DNA from: an uncultured virus (IMG/VR IMGVR_UViG_3300033074_001668)
Taxonomy: Duplodnaviria; Heunggongvirae; Uroviricota; Caudoviricetes
Virus record (IMG/VR): IMGVR_UViG_3300033074_001668
DNA length: 64,000 nt
Strand: one strand, 5' to 3'
Positions 39,153 to 48,446 of the stretch are shown here, piece after piece; within the stretch, counting starts at the first letter, position 1; the number at the start of each line of letters is the position of its first letter. Under the pieces are notes generated by a model, which was not told where the DNA came from, did no database searches, and saw nothing but the letters and a program-made list of their open reading frames with translations. The position numbers and the translations under genes were made by a program.

Positions 39153-39977
39153 TTATTCGTTATCGTCATTATCTTCATAATCTGCAAGAAGATATGTATC
39201 TTCGGTTTCAAATTTACTTTTATCAAGTAACCGCTGCAATTCAGTAATCTTAGTTCTTAATTGATTTGGAGTAAAAAGTTCCTCATTATCATCCAAATCA
39301 AATGTCCCCTCTAATTCATCTCTATCCATATTATGAATAGTATCATCTGGAATATCCGTTTCAATTTGTCTTACGAACGTTAAATCATAGATATTGATAA
39401 CTAGATACTTTACCATTGTTGATTCTTCCACCTCAACAATTTCCTCCCCATCTTCTTCTGCTAAATAATCATAAACAATTTGAGCACTTTTCTTACACCA
39501 TTCGATATACCAATTTTTAAAATATTCTTTAATTAGTTCGAAATGCTCTTCTGCCGTATTACCAAGTGAATTATCTTGGTCAGTATAAGTAAATTCAATA
39601 TTTATATCTCTAGTTTTTTCATGACAATAATATGTAGCAAAATGATTTAAACTTGTATATAATCTAAAATCATTTATTACATTAAGTTTTTTTAACTTTT
39701 CGGTATTTTCCAATAGTTGCTGAACATATCGAATACCAAGCATTCCACCATTTTGTTTTGGATCTTTTTCTCGCTGAACCTCTTCAGATTCTAGATTCAT
39801 TAATACAGCTTTTAACCAAGTAATAACTTCATCTAAAGTCATATTTTTAATATCAAAACTTAATCCATCTCCCTGAGAAAAAGAGCATCTCCAATGAATA
39901 TCTTCAGTATCTATACCAATACCGTAGATATTCAATTCTTCTAAAAAGCCTTCTGTTAATATTTGAGATTCATTCAT
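39153..39977 (-). CDS. acidic hypothetical protein
   Basis: Start re-called at MNESQIL (AAGGA RBS); FSQGDGLSF motif. Confidence 0.65.
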   Translation of the reverse strand: MNESQILTEGFLEELNIYGIGIDTEDIHWRCSFSQGDGLSFDIKNMTLDEVITWLKAVLMNLESEEVQREKDPKQNGGMLGIRYVQQLLENTEKLKKLNVINDFRLYTSLNHFATYYCHEKTRDINIEFTYTDQDNSLGNTAEEHFELIKEYFKNWYIEWCKKSAQIVYDYLAEEDGEEIVEVEESTMVKYLVINIYDLTFVRQIETDIPDDTIHNMDRDELEGTFDLDDNEELFTPNQLRTKITELQRLLDKSKFETEDTYLLADYEDNDDNE

Positions 39978-40410
39978 TTTCTTTTCCTTTTTCGAAATAA
40001 TGTTTTGAGCCAGAAAACCCAACCTTATCACCATCTAACCCATAGCAATCATGTTTCCAAAATTTTTCCATGTACCTAGTAAGATGCCTAACTCCAGCAT
40101 CATCATTACAGATTACCACTATTGATTTACCTTTTAAAGTATAATCTTCTCTATTCTTTCTAAAATTATAATCTTCTTTTTCATGAATACCAAAATCGAA
40201 ATCTTTCTCTTCTGCCCATAAAATAAATTCTTCTATAAATTCTACAGCTTCTGGCTTAATTGGGAACATTACAAAATCGCTATTTCTAGCTTCCAAATCC
40301 ATAAGCCTAAACCAAGTTTCAAATTCATTTCCTTTAATAACGAAACCAAAATCACCAGTAAAATATAGATGATTTTGTTCCGGCCCTTTTAATTGTTCTA
40401 TAGCTGTCAT
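39970..40410 (-). CDS. hypothetical protein (paralog of 43413..43868)
   Basis: Shared DFGFV(I/V)K and FW…VG(F/Y)S motifs. Confidence 0.65.
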   Translation of the reverse strand: MTAIEQLKGPEQNHLYFTGDFGFVIKGNEFETWFRLMDLEARNSDFVMFPIKPEAVEFIEEFILWAEEKDFDFGIHEKEDYNFRKNREDYTLKGKSIVVICNDDAGVRHLTRYMEKFWKHDCYGLDGDKVGFSGSKHYFEKGKENE

Positions 40411-40423
40411 TTTCTTTTCCCTT

Positions 40424-41254
40424 TTATATTTTATTTAAAACGTTTTTGAAAGTTACTTGATTTTCTTGATTATTGAAATATGGTTTAAGATTTGATTCTA
40501 ATGTATCCAAGCATCGCTTTGAATGATTCATAAGAAGATTATTTAAAGCTTGATCTAAATTTTCATGAAACCCACTTAATGAATCTTTAATTTCATAGCA
40601 ATGAATTCGAATTAATGAAAGTACCGAAAATTCTATAACTTTTACCATATGTATTAAATTTATCATATCTTCAATATTTAATTCTATTAAAATAGCTAAA
40701 CCATTTTCGTGTAAAATCATATTTCTTATATCATTGAATTGTTTAAATAATTCAAATGAATCTTGACCAATCATCGCTTTGTTTTTAATACCATCTAATT
40801 CTGTTAAAAAATTAACCATTTGTTTTCGTTCATACTTTTCTTCGGTATTTAAAACATCAAATATTATATTACATAAACTATGAACCAATTGAATATTAGT
40901 TATAAATTTATCCAATTGTTCATCCAATAAACTTAAGTCTTTCGCAACACGTTTGAATTTTTGGGTTTCATTTGCTTTATTCATCGAACGTTTATATGCA
41001 GTAAAATATTTTAATAGATTTTTTTCAAATGGATAATGAAAATCCCCTTGATTTGTACTAAGATTAAGAGCCCTATCAAAAAATGATGCAAAAAATGCAA
41101 CCATTTGTTTGGGAATACTAATCTTCATTTTTTTCCGAATCTCCCAAATTTTACTATTAAAAGTTTTCGAAAACTCGTCGTCCCGGATTATACTATTTAA
41201 AGTAATAACTTCTCTTTTACCAAGTAAGTCTACCCTATTTATTTTAGTAGTCAT
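40424..41254 (-). CDS. putative HEPN-domain protein
   Basis: Helical; RxxxxH motif IRNMILHE; similar layout to 37421..38056. Confidence 0.5.
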   Translation of the reverse strand: MTTKINRVDLLGKREVITLNSIIRDDEFSKTFNSKIWEIRKKMKISIPKQMVAFFASFFDRALNLSTNQGDFHYPFEKNLLKYFTAYKRSMNKANETQKFKRVAKDLSLLDEQLDKFITNIQLVHSLCNIIFDVLNTEEKYERKQMVNFLTELDGIKNKAMIGQDSFELFKQFNDIRNMILHENGLAILIELNIEDMINLIHMVKVIEFSVLSLIRIHCYEIKDSLSGFHENLDQALNNLLMNHSKRCLDTLESNLKPYFNNQENQVTFKNVLNKI

Positions 41255-41301
41255 TTTTACCCTTTTATAATTTATTTTAATCTTCTTATTTTTACTATAT
41301 C

Positions 41302-42687
41302 CTATTTATATAATTTTACTCTTTCCCTCGTAGATTTATCTACTTCCAATAAATCAATAATTTTGATTGCTTGGCCATTCTTATCTACTTCCCTAGTTCC
41401 TAAATACTCTCTTTCATAATCATATATCTCACCTTTGAACTTAATTGTGGTACCAATAGGTAAATCTAATTCTTTAGTAAATTGTGTCCACATATGATCC
41501 CTAAAGTTATCTATACCAACATATTCAACTTCATTCAATAAAACCGTTTTCGATTCATCTTTTTTATTTGTTCCAAACCCTTGAATCTTAGCTATAAAAA
41601 TATGATGCTGTTTGTATATTAATTGATCTTTTAGGTTTTCATTATCAATGATTATGGATTTTGGCTGCTTAATTAAATCATAATTTAAAATGGTTTTATT
41701 TTTAATTTTTAAAAAATCTTCGTCGCTCAAAAGGAGAGGATATTTTAAATTATACTTTTTAATAAAATCATCCAATATATATTTAGTATACAAAATATTA
41801 ATTTCCTTAGCTAATTCAAAATTTTTGGCATAATATTTCGAATTTAATCTAATATTGAATCGGATCAAATATTTTTTATTATCTTGTTTTCCAATTGTTA
41901 TCATTGATTTAATTTCAGTAACTTGATTACCTTTTTTATCATTAAAATTTTTTAAACTATAAAATTTTGCATTTTTTAGGTTACTCCAAGAACAACTATT
42001 GCAAAATTCCGAACCTTCTTCTTTTTTATATATTGGTACATTGATATGTAAGTGACAGCACTTACATTCTTTAATTAAGTGATAATAACCATTAATAATA
42101 TCAATACCAATATATTTAATTTTATTTATTTTAATTGGAAATTTCGCAATATTATGCGAAGATAAAATATTTTGAATTCGCTTATCGTAATCTAAAATTT
42201 TAAAATTTTTTCTAGACGATAAAATTTCGTTTGTTTCTTTGTCGGTATTTCGAAATTCTATTGCAGCTTTAAATGGATTTGGGTATTTTGAAAAAGTAAA
42301 TACCTTATTATGCACCTTATTATTTTTTTTATAAGTTAATCTATACCCATTATGTTTATATCCAAATGAATTTTTTATATAATGCTTATAAATATTTGGC
42401 TCTTCCGTTTTACTTGAAGGTAATTTTTGAAAACATCCTTCCATCCATTCATTTTTTTTATTTTCATAAAGGAGTTGATATTCCATAATTAACTTTTGGC
42501 AATTTTCGTCTGTGTTTAAAAAATCTTTTGCAGCGGCTAAAGCATCATTAAAACGTTTTTTAAAAAACATTTTATCGACCCCAGTAAGTAAAGAATTCTT
42601 TGGGGATACAACACGCACCCGATAAGCAATAACTTCAGTTTTAGCTTTGTTATATTTCTCACTAATATATTTTATTTTACCAGCCAT
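41302..42687 (-). CDS. AP2-domain DNA-binding protein (homing-endonuclease-like architecture)
   Basis: AP2-like units YRVRV…KMF…ALAAAKDF and YRLTY…KVFTFSKY…AAIEFRN; CKCC/CNSC Zn motif. Confidence 0.5.
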   Translation of the reverse strand: MAGKIKYISEKYNKAKTEVIAYRVRVVSPKNSLLTGVDKMFFKKRFNDALAAAKDFLNTDENCQKLIMEYQLLYENKKNEWMEGCFQKLPSSKTEEPNIYKHYIKNSFGYKHNGYRLTYKKNNKVHNKVFTFSKYPNPFKAAIEFRNTDKETNEILSSRKNFKILDYDKRIQNILSSHNIAKFPIKINKIKYIGIDIINGYYHLIKECKCCHLHINVPIYKKEEGSEFCNSCSWSNLKNAKFYSLKNFNDKKGNQVTEIKSMITIGKQDNKKYLIRFNIRLNSKYYAKNFELAKEINILYTKYILDDFIKKYNLKYPLLLSDEDFLKIKNKTILNYDLIKQPKSIIIDNENLKDQLIYKQHHIFIAKIQGFGTNKKDESKTVLLNEVEYVGIDNFRDHMWTQFTKELDLPIGTTIKFKGEIYDYEREYLGTREVDKNGQAIKIIDLLEVDKSTRERVKLYK

Positions 42688-42706
42688 TCAATCCCCTCTC
42701 CGTTCT

Positions 42707-43426
42707 CTAGTTTTTATACTCCAACTTTTGTACTTTCTTATTCCCATTGATCGCAACGTTTAAATCGATCTCTTCTGCAACTTGTTTACCAGCATTAATA
42801 TGTTCATCCATTATAATTACCGTTCTTTGAGGCATAATGTTAATATCATCACCAATTAATCTTTTTAGATAATCTTCTGCCTCTTTTTGCTTAACTTCTG
42901 AATCGATTACAACTAATGATTTATTATCCGTAAAGAATTGTTTTTTTGAAGTTACTAGTTTCTCTTCAATTTTTTCAAGAAAACCAATTCTAAAAGATTT
43001 AGTTGCAATATTATTCTTTTGTCCAGACCCAGAATTTCTAATTGATAATTTGTATTTTTGAGATTCTTTTCTTAATTTTGTATTTAAAAATTCGAATAGA
43101 TATCCAAAGTTCTCAACATCTCTAGGTCTTCCAGATAAACATACTTCTGCTGGTCTATTAAATTTTTTACTTCCAGATTTATATAAACAAAACCCATCAC
43201 ATAATTTTGATAGAATACTAACTAATGTAATATTTTCATCTGTCCATTTATAAAAGTTCATTTTGATATCTCTTCGTTCTAGTTTTTGTCCTAAAACAGT
43301 TTCTCTATCCAAATTCCATTTGTTCATTAATTCTGTAGCCTTAGCTAATGCTGCTGCAGCTTCATGTTCATTATCAGAAGTTGCAAGATTTAATAACTTC
43401 TGAATTTTATCCTTAATGTTTTCCAT
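42707..43426 (-). CDS. DUF2786-domain protein
   Basis: Start re-called at MENIKDKIQKLLNLATSDNEHEAAAALAKATELM; SFRIGF in the C-terminal part. Confidence 0.75.
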   Translation of the reverse strand: MENIKDKIQKLLNLATSDNEHEAAAALAKATELMNKWNLDRETVLGQKLERRDIKMNFYKWTDENITLVSILSKLCDGFCLYKSGSKKFNRPAEVCLSGRPRDVENFGYLFEFLNTKLRKESQKYKLSIRNSGSGQKNNIATKSFRIGFLEKIEEKLVTSKKQFFTDNKSLVVIDSEVKQKEAEDYLKRLIGDDINIMPQRTVIIMDEHINAGKQVAEEIDLNVAINGNKKVQKLEYKN

Positions 43427-43868
43427 ATGTTTCCCCAGTATATAATTCTTTAGTTTTAGAATACCCAACTATATTATTTTGTACATCAAATGTTTGCCAA
43501 CACCAAAAATTAATAAATTGATACCAAACCGCAGAATGATCTCTAGTTAAACTAATTTTTATTGCCGTTTTACCTATTTCAAATTTTGTAACTTCTAAAT
43601 CGGGAAATACTGTAATTTCAATTGAATCAACTAAACTAAGATTTCCTTTAAGAATATTATTGTCTTTTAAAATATTAAAGCTTTCAGTTATAAAATCTTC
43701 ATGTCCATCTTCTGGAATTAAAATAAAATTTACTCCATTAGCCCCATACATAAAAATTGTAAATACTTTTTCAATTTTACCATCTTTAACAACAAATCCA
43801 AAATCATCACATATTTGTAAAGAATTTGGATCAATTCTTTGTATCTCACTTAATTGTTTAATTTTCAT
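43413..43868 (-). CDS. hypothetical protein (paralog of 39970..40410)
   Basis: DDFGFVVKDG … FWCWQTFDVQNNIVGYS. Confidence 0.65.
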   Translation of the reverse strand: MKIKQLSEIQRIDPNSLQICDDFGFVVKDGKIEKVFTIFMYGANGVNFILIPEDGHEDFITESFNILKDNNILKGNLSLVDSIEITVFPDLEVTKFEIGKTAIKISLTRDHSAVWYQFINFWCWQTFDVQNNIVGYSKTKELYTGETYGKH

Positions 43869-44084
43869 TTAGTTTCCTTCATTAATTAAATCTTCTTGTT
43901 GTCTTCTTCTTATTGATTCTGCTTCAAACAATATTTTATGTTTCATATCATTCCAATCTACATACATTCTTCCAGCACCATCTGGATTACCAACATATGC
44001 TTCACATACAGCTTGGATAGTTTTTTCAGCCCTAACAATATCTTGTTCCCAGTCTAGAATTTGTTGTTCATATTCTTTCGACAT
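43869..44084 (-). CDS. hypothetical protein
   Basis: 71 aa, translationally coupled. Confidence 0.6.
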   Translation of the reverse strand: MSKEYEQQILDWEQDIVRAEKTIQAVCEAYVGNPDGAGRMYVDWNDMKHKILFEAESIRRRQQEDLINEGN

Positions 44085-45028
44085 TATTTATCTCTTTTAA
44101 CAATGAAATATTCTTTATCAAAGTTTTTTACAAACTGATCAATTAAATATTCGCTTTCGCTTTTAGTGTTACTTAAATCATATGCTTCTTGAAACATTTC
44201 TCTAACTTTAAAAATATTCATTTCTGGATCAATCATTGCTTCAATTCTATCAGAGATAGTCATTTCATCATCCCACTCTTCTGGATCCATTTCAATATCT
44301 TCAAATTCTTCAACTGCATCTAAAATTAACTGATTTGTCCCTTCATCATTTAACGCTGGAACTTCTTTGGATTCAAAACATAATTTTGAAATAATGTTTA
44401 ATAATTCCATAAGTTTTTCATCTAAACGATAATATCTTTCATCTAAATCATCTAAAAGTTCTGGATCACAATGAGTACCATAGTTATCGTTTTCAACTTG
44501 TTCCATTTCGAAAAAGAACCCATCCGTTTCATTTCCATACTCAACTTCTTCTTCAATAGTTTTTTCTAAATCAATTGGAACTTTTAAATAATCTTTAAAA
44601 ATTTCTAAGGCTTCATTTAAAATAATAAAACCAGTAATATCAATTAATTTATCTTTTTCTTTTATTTCCCCAATGATTTCCGTCAAATCATTAACTAATC
44701 GAATATGAAGTGATTGTTCATAATCTGTCTCATTTACTCTACTATAATGGTTTTTATAGTATTGGATAAATCCACTGTTATTAACTTGTTGGTTTAGTTT
44801 ACCAATTAAGATTAGTGTTCCAAAAATTTGCCCATAGGTTTTATCCATATAGTCAATCATATCACTATAAGAAAATTCGTTTGGAATTGGTTTATTGTTC
44901 CACCAACCATAACCAATATTTAAAATCGTTTGATGAAAATCAATTGTATTCATATCATCCGTAAGTTCTATAATATCTGGTTCAAGATTTTCTAATTTAA
45001 TTTTTTTTATTATTTTATTTCCAAACAT
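44084..45028 (-). CDS. DUF4375/DMP19-like acidic protein (possible DNA mimic)
   Basis: NQQVNNSGFIQYYKN matches the DUF4375 QVxNGGFxQY pattern; very D/E-rich. Confidence 0.55.
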   Translation of the reverse strand: MFGNKIIKKIKLENLEPDIIELTDDMNTIDFHQTILNIGYGWWNNKPIPNEFSYSDMIDYMDKTYGQIFGTLILIGKLNQQVNNSGFIQYYKNHYSRVNETDYEQSLHIRLVNDLTEIIGEIKEKDKLIDITGFIILNEALEIFKDYLKVPIDLEKTIEEEVEYGNETDGFFFEMEQVENDNYGTHCDPELLDDLDERYYRLDEKLMELLNIISKLCFESKEVPALNDEGTNQLILDAVEEFEDIEMDPEEWDDEMTISDRIEAMIDPEMNIFKVREMFQEAYDLSNTKSESEYLIDQFVKNFDKEYFIVKRDK

Positions 45029-45612
45029 CGTTATCCCTTTATTTATTAATTTATTTATTTTTTATCTTTTTTATATCTTATTTTAATAATTTTTTTATTA
45101 TTAAAAAGTCACAACTTTTATTTAATTTCTATAATTGAAATTTCAAATATCGAAATAGCTTTCAAATTTGAAATTTTTATTTTTACCAAATTTTATTTGA
45201 AATTTGAATAAATAATTTTTGCTATTATGCTATCTTTATTTTAATTATTATTTTAATTTAGTCTTCGAATATTTATTAGTTATTGAAGTTTATTTAAAAT
45301 TACATTAACCGTTTCATAAATATCCAAACGGATAAATACTCCCAAAATATCTGTTTCGATAATATCTGTTTGGATATTTATCTATTCGGATATTTTGGGA
45401 GTATATGATTAATTTATTTAAATTTTAATAAATTAACCTTTTAATTTATGTTAACTATAAATTTAAAACATAGATAGCATAATCGATAAACTTATTTATT
45501 TTTTATCCATTATATATTTAATAAAAATTAAAATTCCAAATCCGTAAGCTTAAACGATATTTAAGAAACGGTAATATAGAAATTAATTTTAATAGTGATT
45601 TTTTTAATAATA
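45029..45612. other. long AT-rich non-coding region with interleaved inverted repeats
   Basis: No ORF; IR pairs 45316-45334/45363-45381, 45336-45351/45389-45404 and 45224-45235/45472-45483. Confidence 0.65.
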
Positions 45613-46278
45613 TTATTTATTATTTTTTTTCAGTTTTAGGTTTTTTAAAAAACCTAGTTTTAATTTAGAAATCAAAACCTTTCTAAATTTCGTTTTTGAT
45701 TCAATGAAATGAACAATCTCTTCTGTTACGTGAAGTAAATTATCCTCAGTTAAAACTAATCGTAGAGAATCTTTTTGTTTAAGATATCTTACTTCAATTT
45801 CTTCCGAATGATTTAAATAAATATAAATTACTTTAAATTTATTATCGAGAATCAGTTCTTTTCTTGTATCTAACAATGGTTTTATAACAGCGTTAGTTAT
45901 TATATTGTGTCCAACTAAATATTGTCGAATCGAATCTAAAACTATAGTTGGACGAAATTGAGCAACTAAAGGAGTCGACTCTTTAATCTTTGCTTTAGAA
46001 TTTTCCCAATTTTTATACAATAAACTTTTCGAATTGTACCAAGTTGTTATAAAATCAATTCCATTGAAAACAACAGACTCAGATTCATCGGTACTAAATA
46101 TTAAAACATTTAAATCCATATCTTTAATATAAGACGTTTTAACTTTGATCGAATCTTTAGTTTTTAAATTAAATTTTTTTAACAATGCTTTTGCATCTTG
46201 TTGATCGATGTTTATTAAACCATTTTCTAATTTAACAATTAATCCAACTTCTTCGAATTTTTTAACTATTGTTTTCAT
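45613..46278 (-). CDS. hypothetical protein
   Basis: 221-aa ORF, AAGGA RBS. Confidence 0.65.
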   Translation of the reverse strand: MKTIVKKFEEVGLIVKLENGLINIDQQDAKALLKKFNLKTKDSIKVKTSYIKDMDLNVLIFSTDESESVVFNGIDFITTWYNSKSLLYKNWENSKAKIKESTPLVAQFRPTIVLDSIRQYLVGHNIITNAVIKPLLDTRKELILDNKFKVIYIYLNHSEEIEVRYLKQKDSLRLVLTEDNLLHVTEEIVHFIESKTKFRKVLISKLKLGFLKNLKLKKNNK

Positions 46279-46504
46279 TGTTTTCCTTAATAATATTTAT
46301 ACCCTCGTAGTATGTTAGAAATTGGTCAATATTACTAAATATCATTTTAGCAATATTTCCCTCTGATACTTTAACTTCTTTCGTTTCCAAATCAATTAAT
46401 AATTTGATATTTCCAATGTCTTTGATATTTTCCAATTTTAAATCAGTCAAATTTTTTAGGGAAGTTAAATCTTCCTCCCCTTGAATATAGATTAAAACTT
46501 TCAT
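46262..46504 (-). CDS. hypothetical protein
   Basis: 80 aa, coupled. Confidence 0.6.
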   Translation of the reverse strand: MKVLIYIQGEEDLTSLKNLTDLKLENIKDIGNIKLLIDLETKEVKVSEGNIAKMIFSNIDQFLTYYEGINIIKENNENNS

Positions 46505-46959
46505 GTATATAAAAGTTTTGTTTTCGGATCCGTGTTAACCTTAAAGTTTTGGTACAGTAATGCACAAAGATTTTTATAAACTTCTGGGGCTCTTTCTGGA
46601 AGCTGACTTAACCCAGTTCCGAATCCATTAAGTGGAAATACCAATGTGTCAAAATTTCTTTGAGGGTTAGATAAACATTTGATTACTTTTTGAATATCTT
46701 GAAGAATTATATTTGAACATTGATTTAATTTTAAATCATTAAAGAAATCTTCATTTCTCATTCCTGGATGGAATTTCGTTGCAATACCAACACTGTTCTC
46801 ACAATCTCTAATTTGAGCTTGACCGGCTTTTCCACATCTTAATGTATTGTCTCCATAAATAAATAATTTATTTGGATTCAATAAACAAACTTCTTCCGAA
46901 TAAAAATATGGAGCAATTTCTATATTATATTCTTTACCATTTACTAATAACTTTTGCAT
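46501..46959 (-). CDS. conserved phage protein with GDN…GxxGQA motif (macro-like fold suspected)
   Basis: LFIYGDNTLRCGKAGQAQIR…GIATK…VFPLNGFGTGLSQLPERAP. Confidence 0.55.
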   Translation of the reverse strand: MQKLLVNGKEYNIEIAPYFYSEEVCLLNPNKLFIYGDNTLRCGKAGQAQIRDCENSVGIATKFHPGMRNEDFFNDLKLNQCSNIILQDIQKVIKCLSNPQRNFDTLVFPLNGFGTGLSQLPERAPEVYKNLCALLYQNFKVNTDPKTKLLYT

Positions 46960-47001
46960 GTAATTCCTTTTTAATAATTTATACCGGTGGAAGGAGAGAG
47001 G

Positions 47002-47874
47002 CTACTTCCAACCGTGTAGCCTCTCTCCAATTTTTGATTCTATTGTATCTGGAACCAATTCCACTTTTTCCGTTGCCGAAAACTTCGAAAGAAGTGATTC
47101 CGGTCTTTTTACATTATTCTTAAATGGTTTATATTTCTTTTTTAATAAAACATTTAAATTTGTTGGTAGTGTTCTCATTTTAATTTGAGCTACCGTAACA
47201 TTATGAAGATTATCAATTGTTACTGGATTACGCGCAAATAAAAATACTTCTTCATCTCCAGCATATTCTTTCAATTGTTCAATATTTGCTTTTTTATCTG
47301 GATCATTTAAACCAAGATAAAAACCTTTTTTCTTTGTAGCAAAAATTGCTTTAAAGATATCTTCTGTCCAATATTTTTCAATTGATAAACTATCATCAAA
47401 AATGATATGATAATAAACTTCATTTTCGTTTATTACAATACCACCATCTTCAATGATTGCATCAACATCTCTTTCATTTACTCTATTTTTAGCCGCAGCA
47501 TAGAATCGAATGATATAAATTTTATTCCCATCTGGAACTTCCCTTAATTCTGTAGGAACCTGAGCTGGGGCATATTTTAGTATATTAACTGAATTCAAAA
47601 TTTTAGAATTTTTCAATCTAAATAAAAAGTTTGAAAAACCACCATTCTCATCAATTGTCGTTTCAATTAATGGATTATCTAATCTCAATTGTAACATAAA
47701 CTTTTGAACATCATAAGTTAAATGCACTAATGGATTATCGTATTCTCTTCCTAACTCGTAATGAGTTAAAAATTTTACCGAATCAATATTTGTTCGATCT
47801 TTGTTAATTAATTCCAACAAGGAAATTTGATCTTTTCCTTGTTCAACTTCATTTGATAATTTCAATTTCTCCAT
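47002..47874 (-). CDS. hypothetical protein
   Basis: 290-aa ORF. Confidence 0.7.
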   Translation of the reverse strand: MEKLKLSNEVEQGKDQISLLELINKDRTNIDSVKFLTHYELGREYDNPLVHLTYDVQKFMLQLRLDNPLIETTIDENGGFSNFLFRLKNSKILNSVNILKYAPAQVPTELREVPDGNKIYIIRFYAAAKNRVNERDVDAIIEDGGIVINENEVYYHIIFDDSLSIEKYWTEDIFKAIFATKKKGFYLGLNDPDKKANIEQLKEYAGDEEVFLFARNPVTIDNLHNVTVAQIKMRTLPTNLNVLLKKKYKPFKNNVKRPESLLSKFSATEKVELVPDTIESKIGERLHGWK

Positions 47875-48295
47875 CCTCTTTAATTATTAAATTTTCATGA
47901 GTTATTAATCCATTATTAGAAGTAAACTCAATTGCATGATGAATCTTTTCTAAGAATTTATCATTATATGAGTTTAATAACATTTGATATTTAACTAAAA
48001 AACTTTTAAGTTTTTCTATTCTGAATCTTACCCTAAACGTATTATGTTCTGTTTCAGCTTTTAAAAGTTGTTGCATTAAGATTTCTGATCTATTACAAAC
48101 CTCTAAAAGAATTTCAACTCTTTTTCTTTGTGCAGCGAAATGTCTTCTATCCATATTACTATTAATTGATTTCTCAATAATTGCAACGGAATTCATTATA
48201 TCCCTACTAATTAATCTATATGAAGAACCTTTTAGATCTCCATTATTTTTAACTCTACCAATTCCAAAAAAGTTTTTTACTGATGTAATTAACAT
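47849..48295 (-). CDS. hypothetical protein
   Basis: 148-aa ORF, AAGGA RBS. Confidence 0.65.
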   Translation of the reverse strand: MLITSVKNFFGIGRVKNNGDLKGSSYRLISRDIMNSVAIIEKSINSNMDRRHFAAQRKRVEILLEVCNRSEILMQQLLKAETEHNTFRVRFRIEKLKSFLVKYQMLLNSYNDKFLEKIHHAIEFTSNNGLITHENLIIKEDGEIEIIK

Positions 48296-48326
48296 GTTAA
48301 TTCCTTATATATTTTTAACGTATGTG

Positions 48327-48354
48327 AAAACCCTCCTCCAAAAAGGAAGAGGGT
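48327..48354 (-). terminator. intrinsic terminator-like hairpin
   Basis: ACCCTCTTCC…GGAGGAGGGT followed by TTT on the minus strand. Confidence 0.65.
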
Positions 48355-48410
48355 AAAATAGAATAGTTGCCTAAAATATGCTTTGTCCATAATTGGAATT
48401 TATACTTAAT

Positions 48411-48422
48411 ATATCTATATTA
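48411..48422 (-). promoter_or_regulatory. motif copy TAATATAGATAT
   Basis: Intergenic; palindrome ATCTGATCAGAT at 48433-48444. Confidence 0.5.
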
Positions 48423-48446
48423 AAATATTTATATCTGATCAGATTA

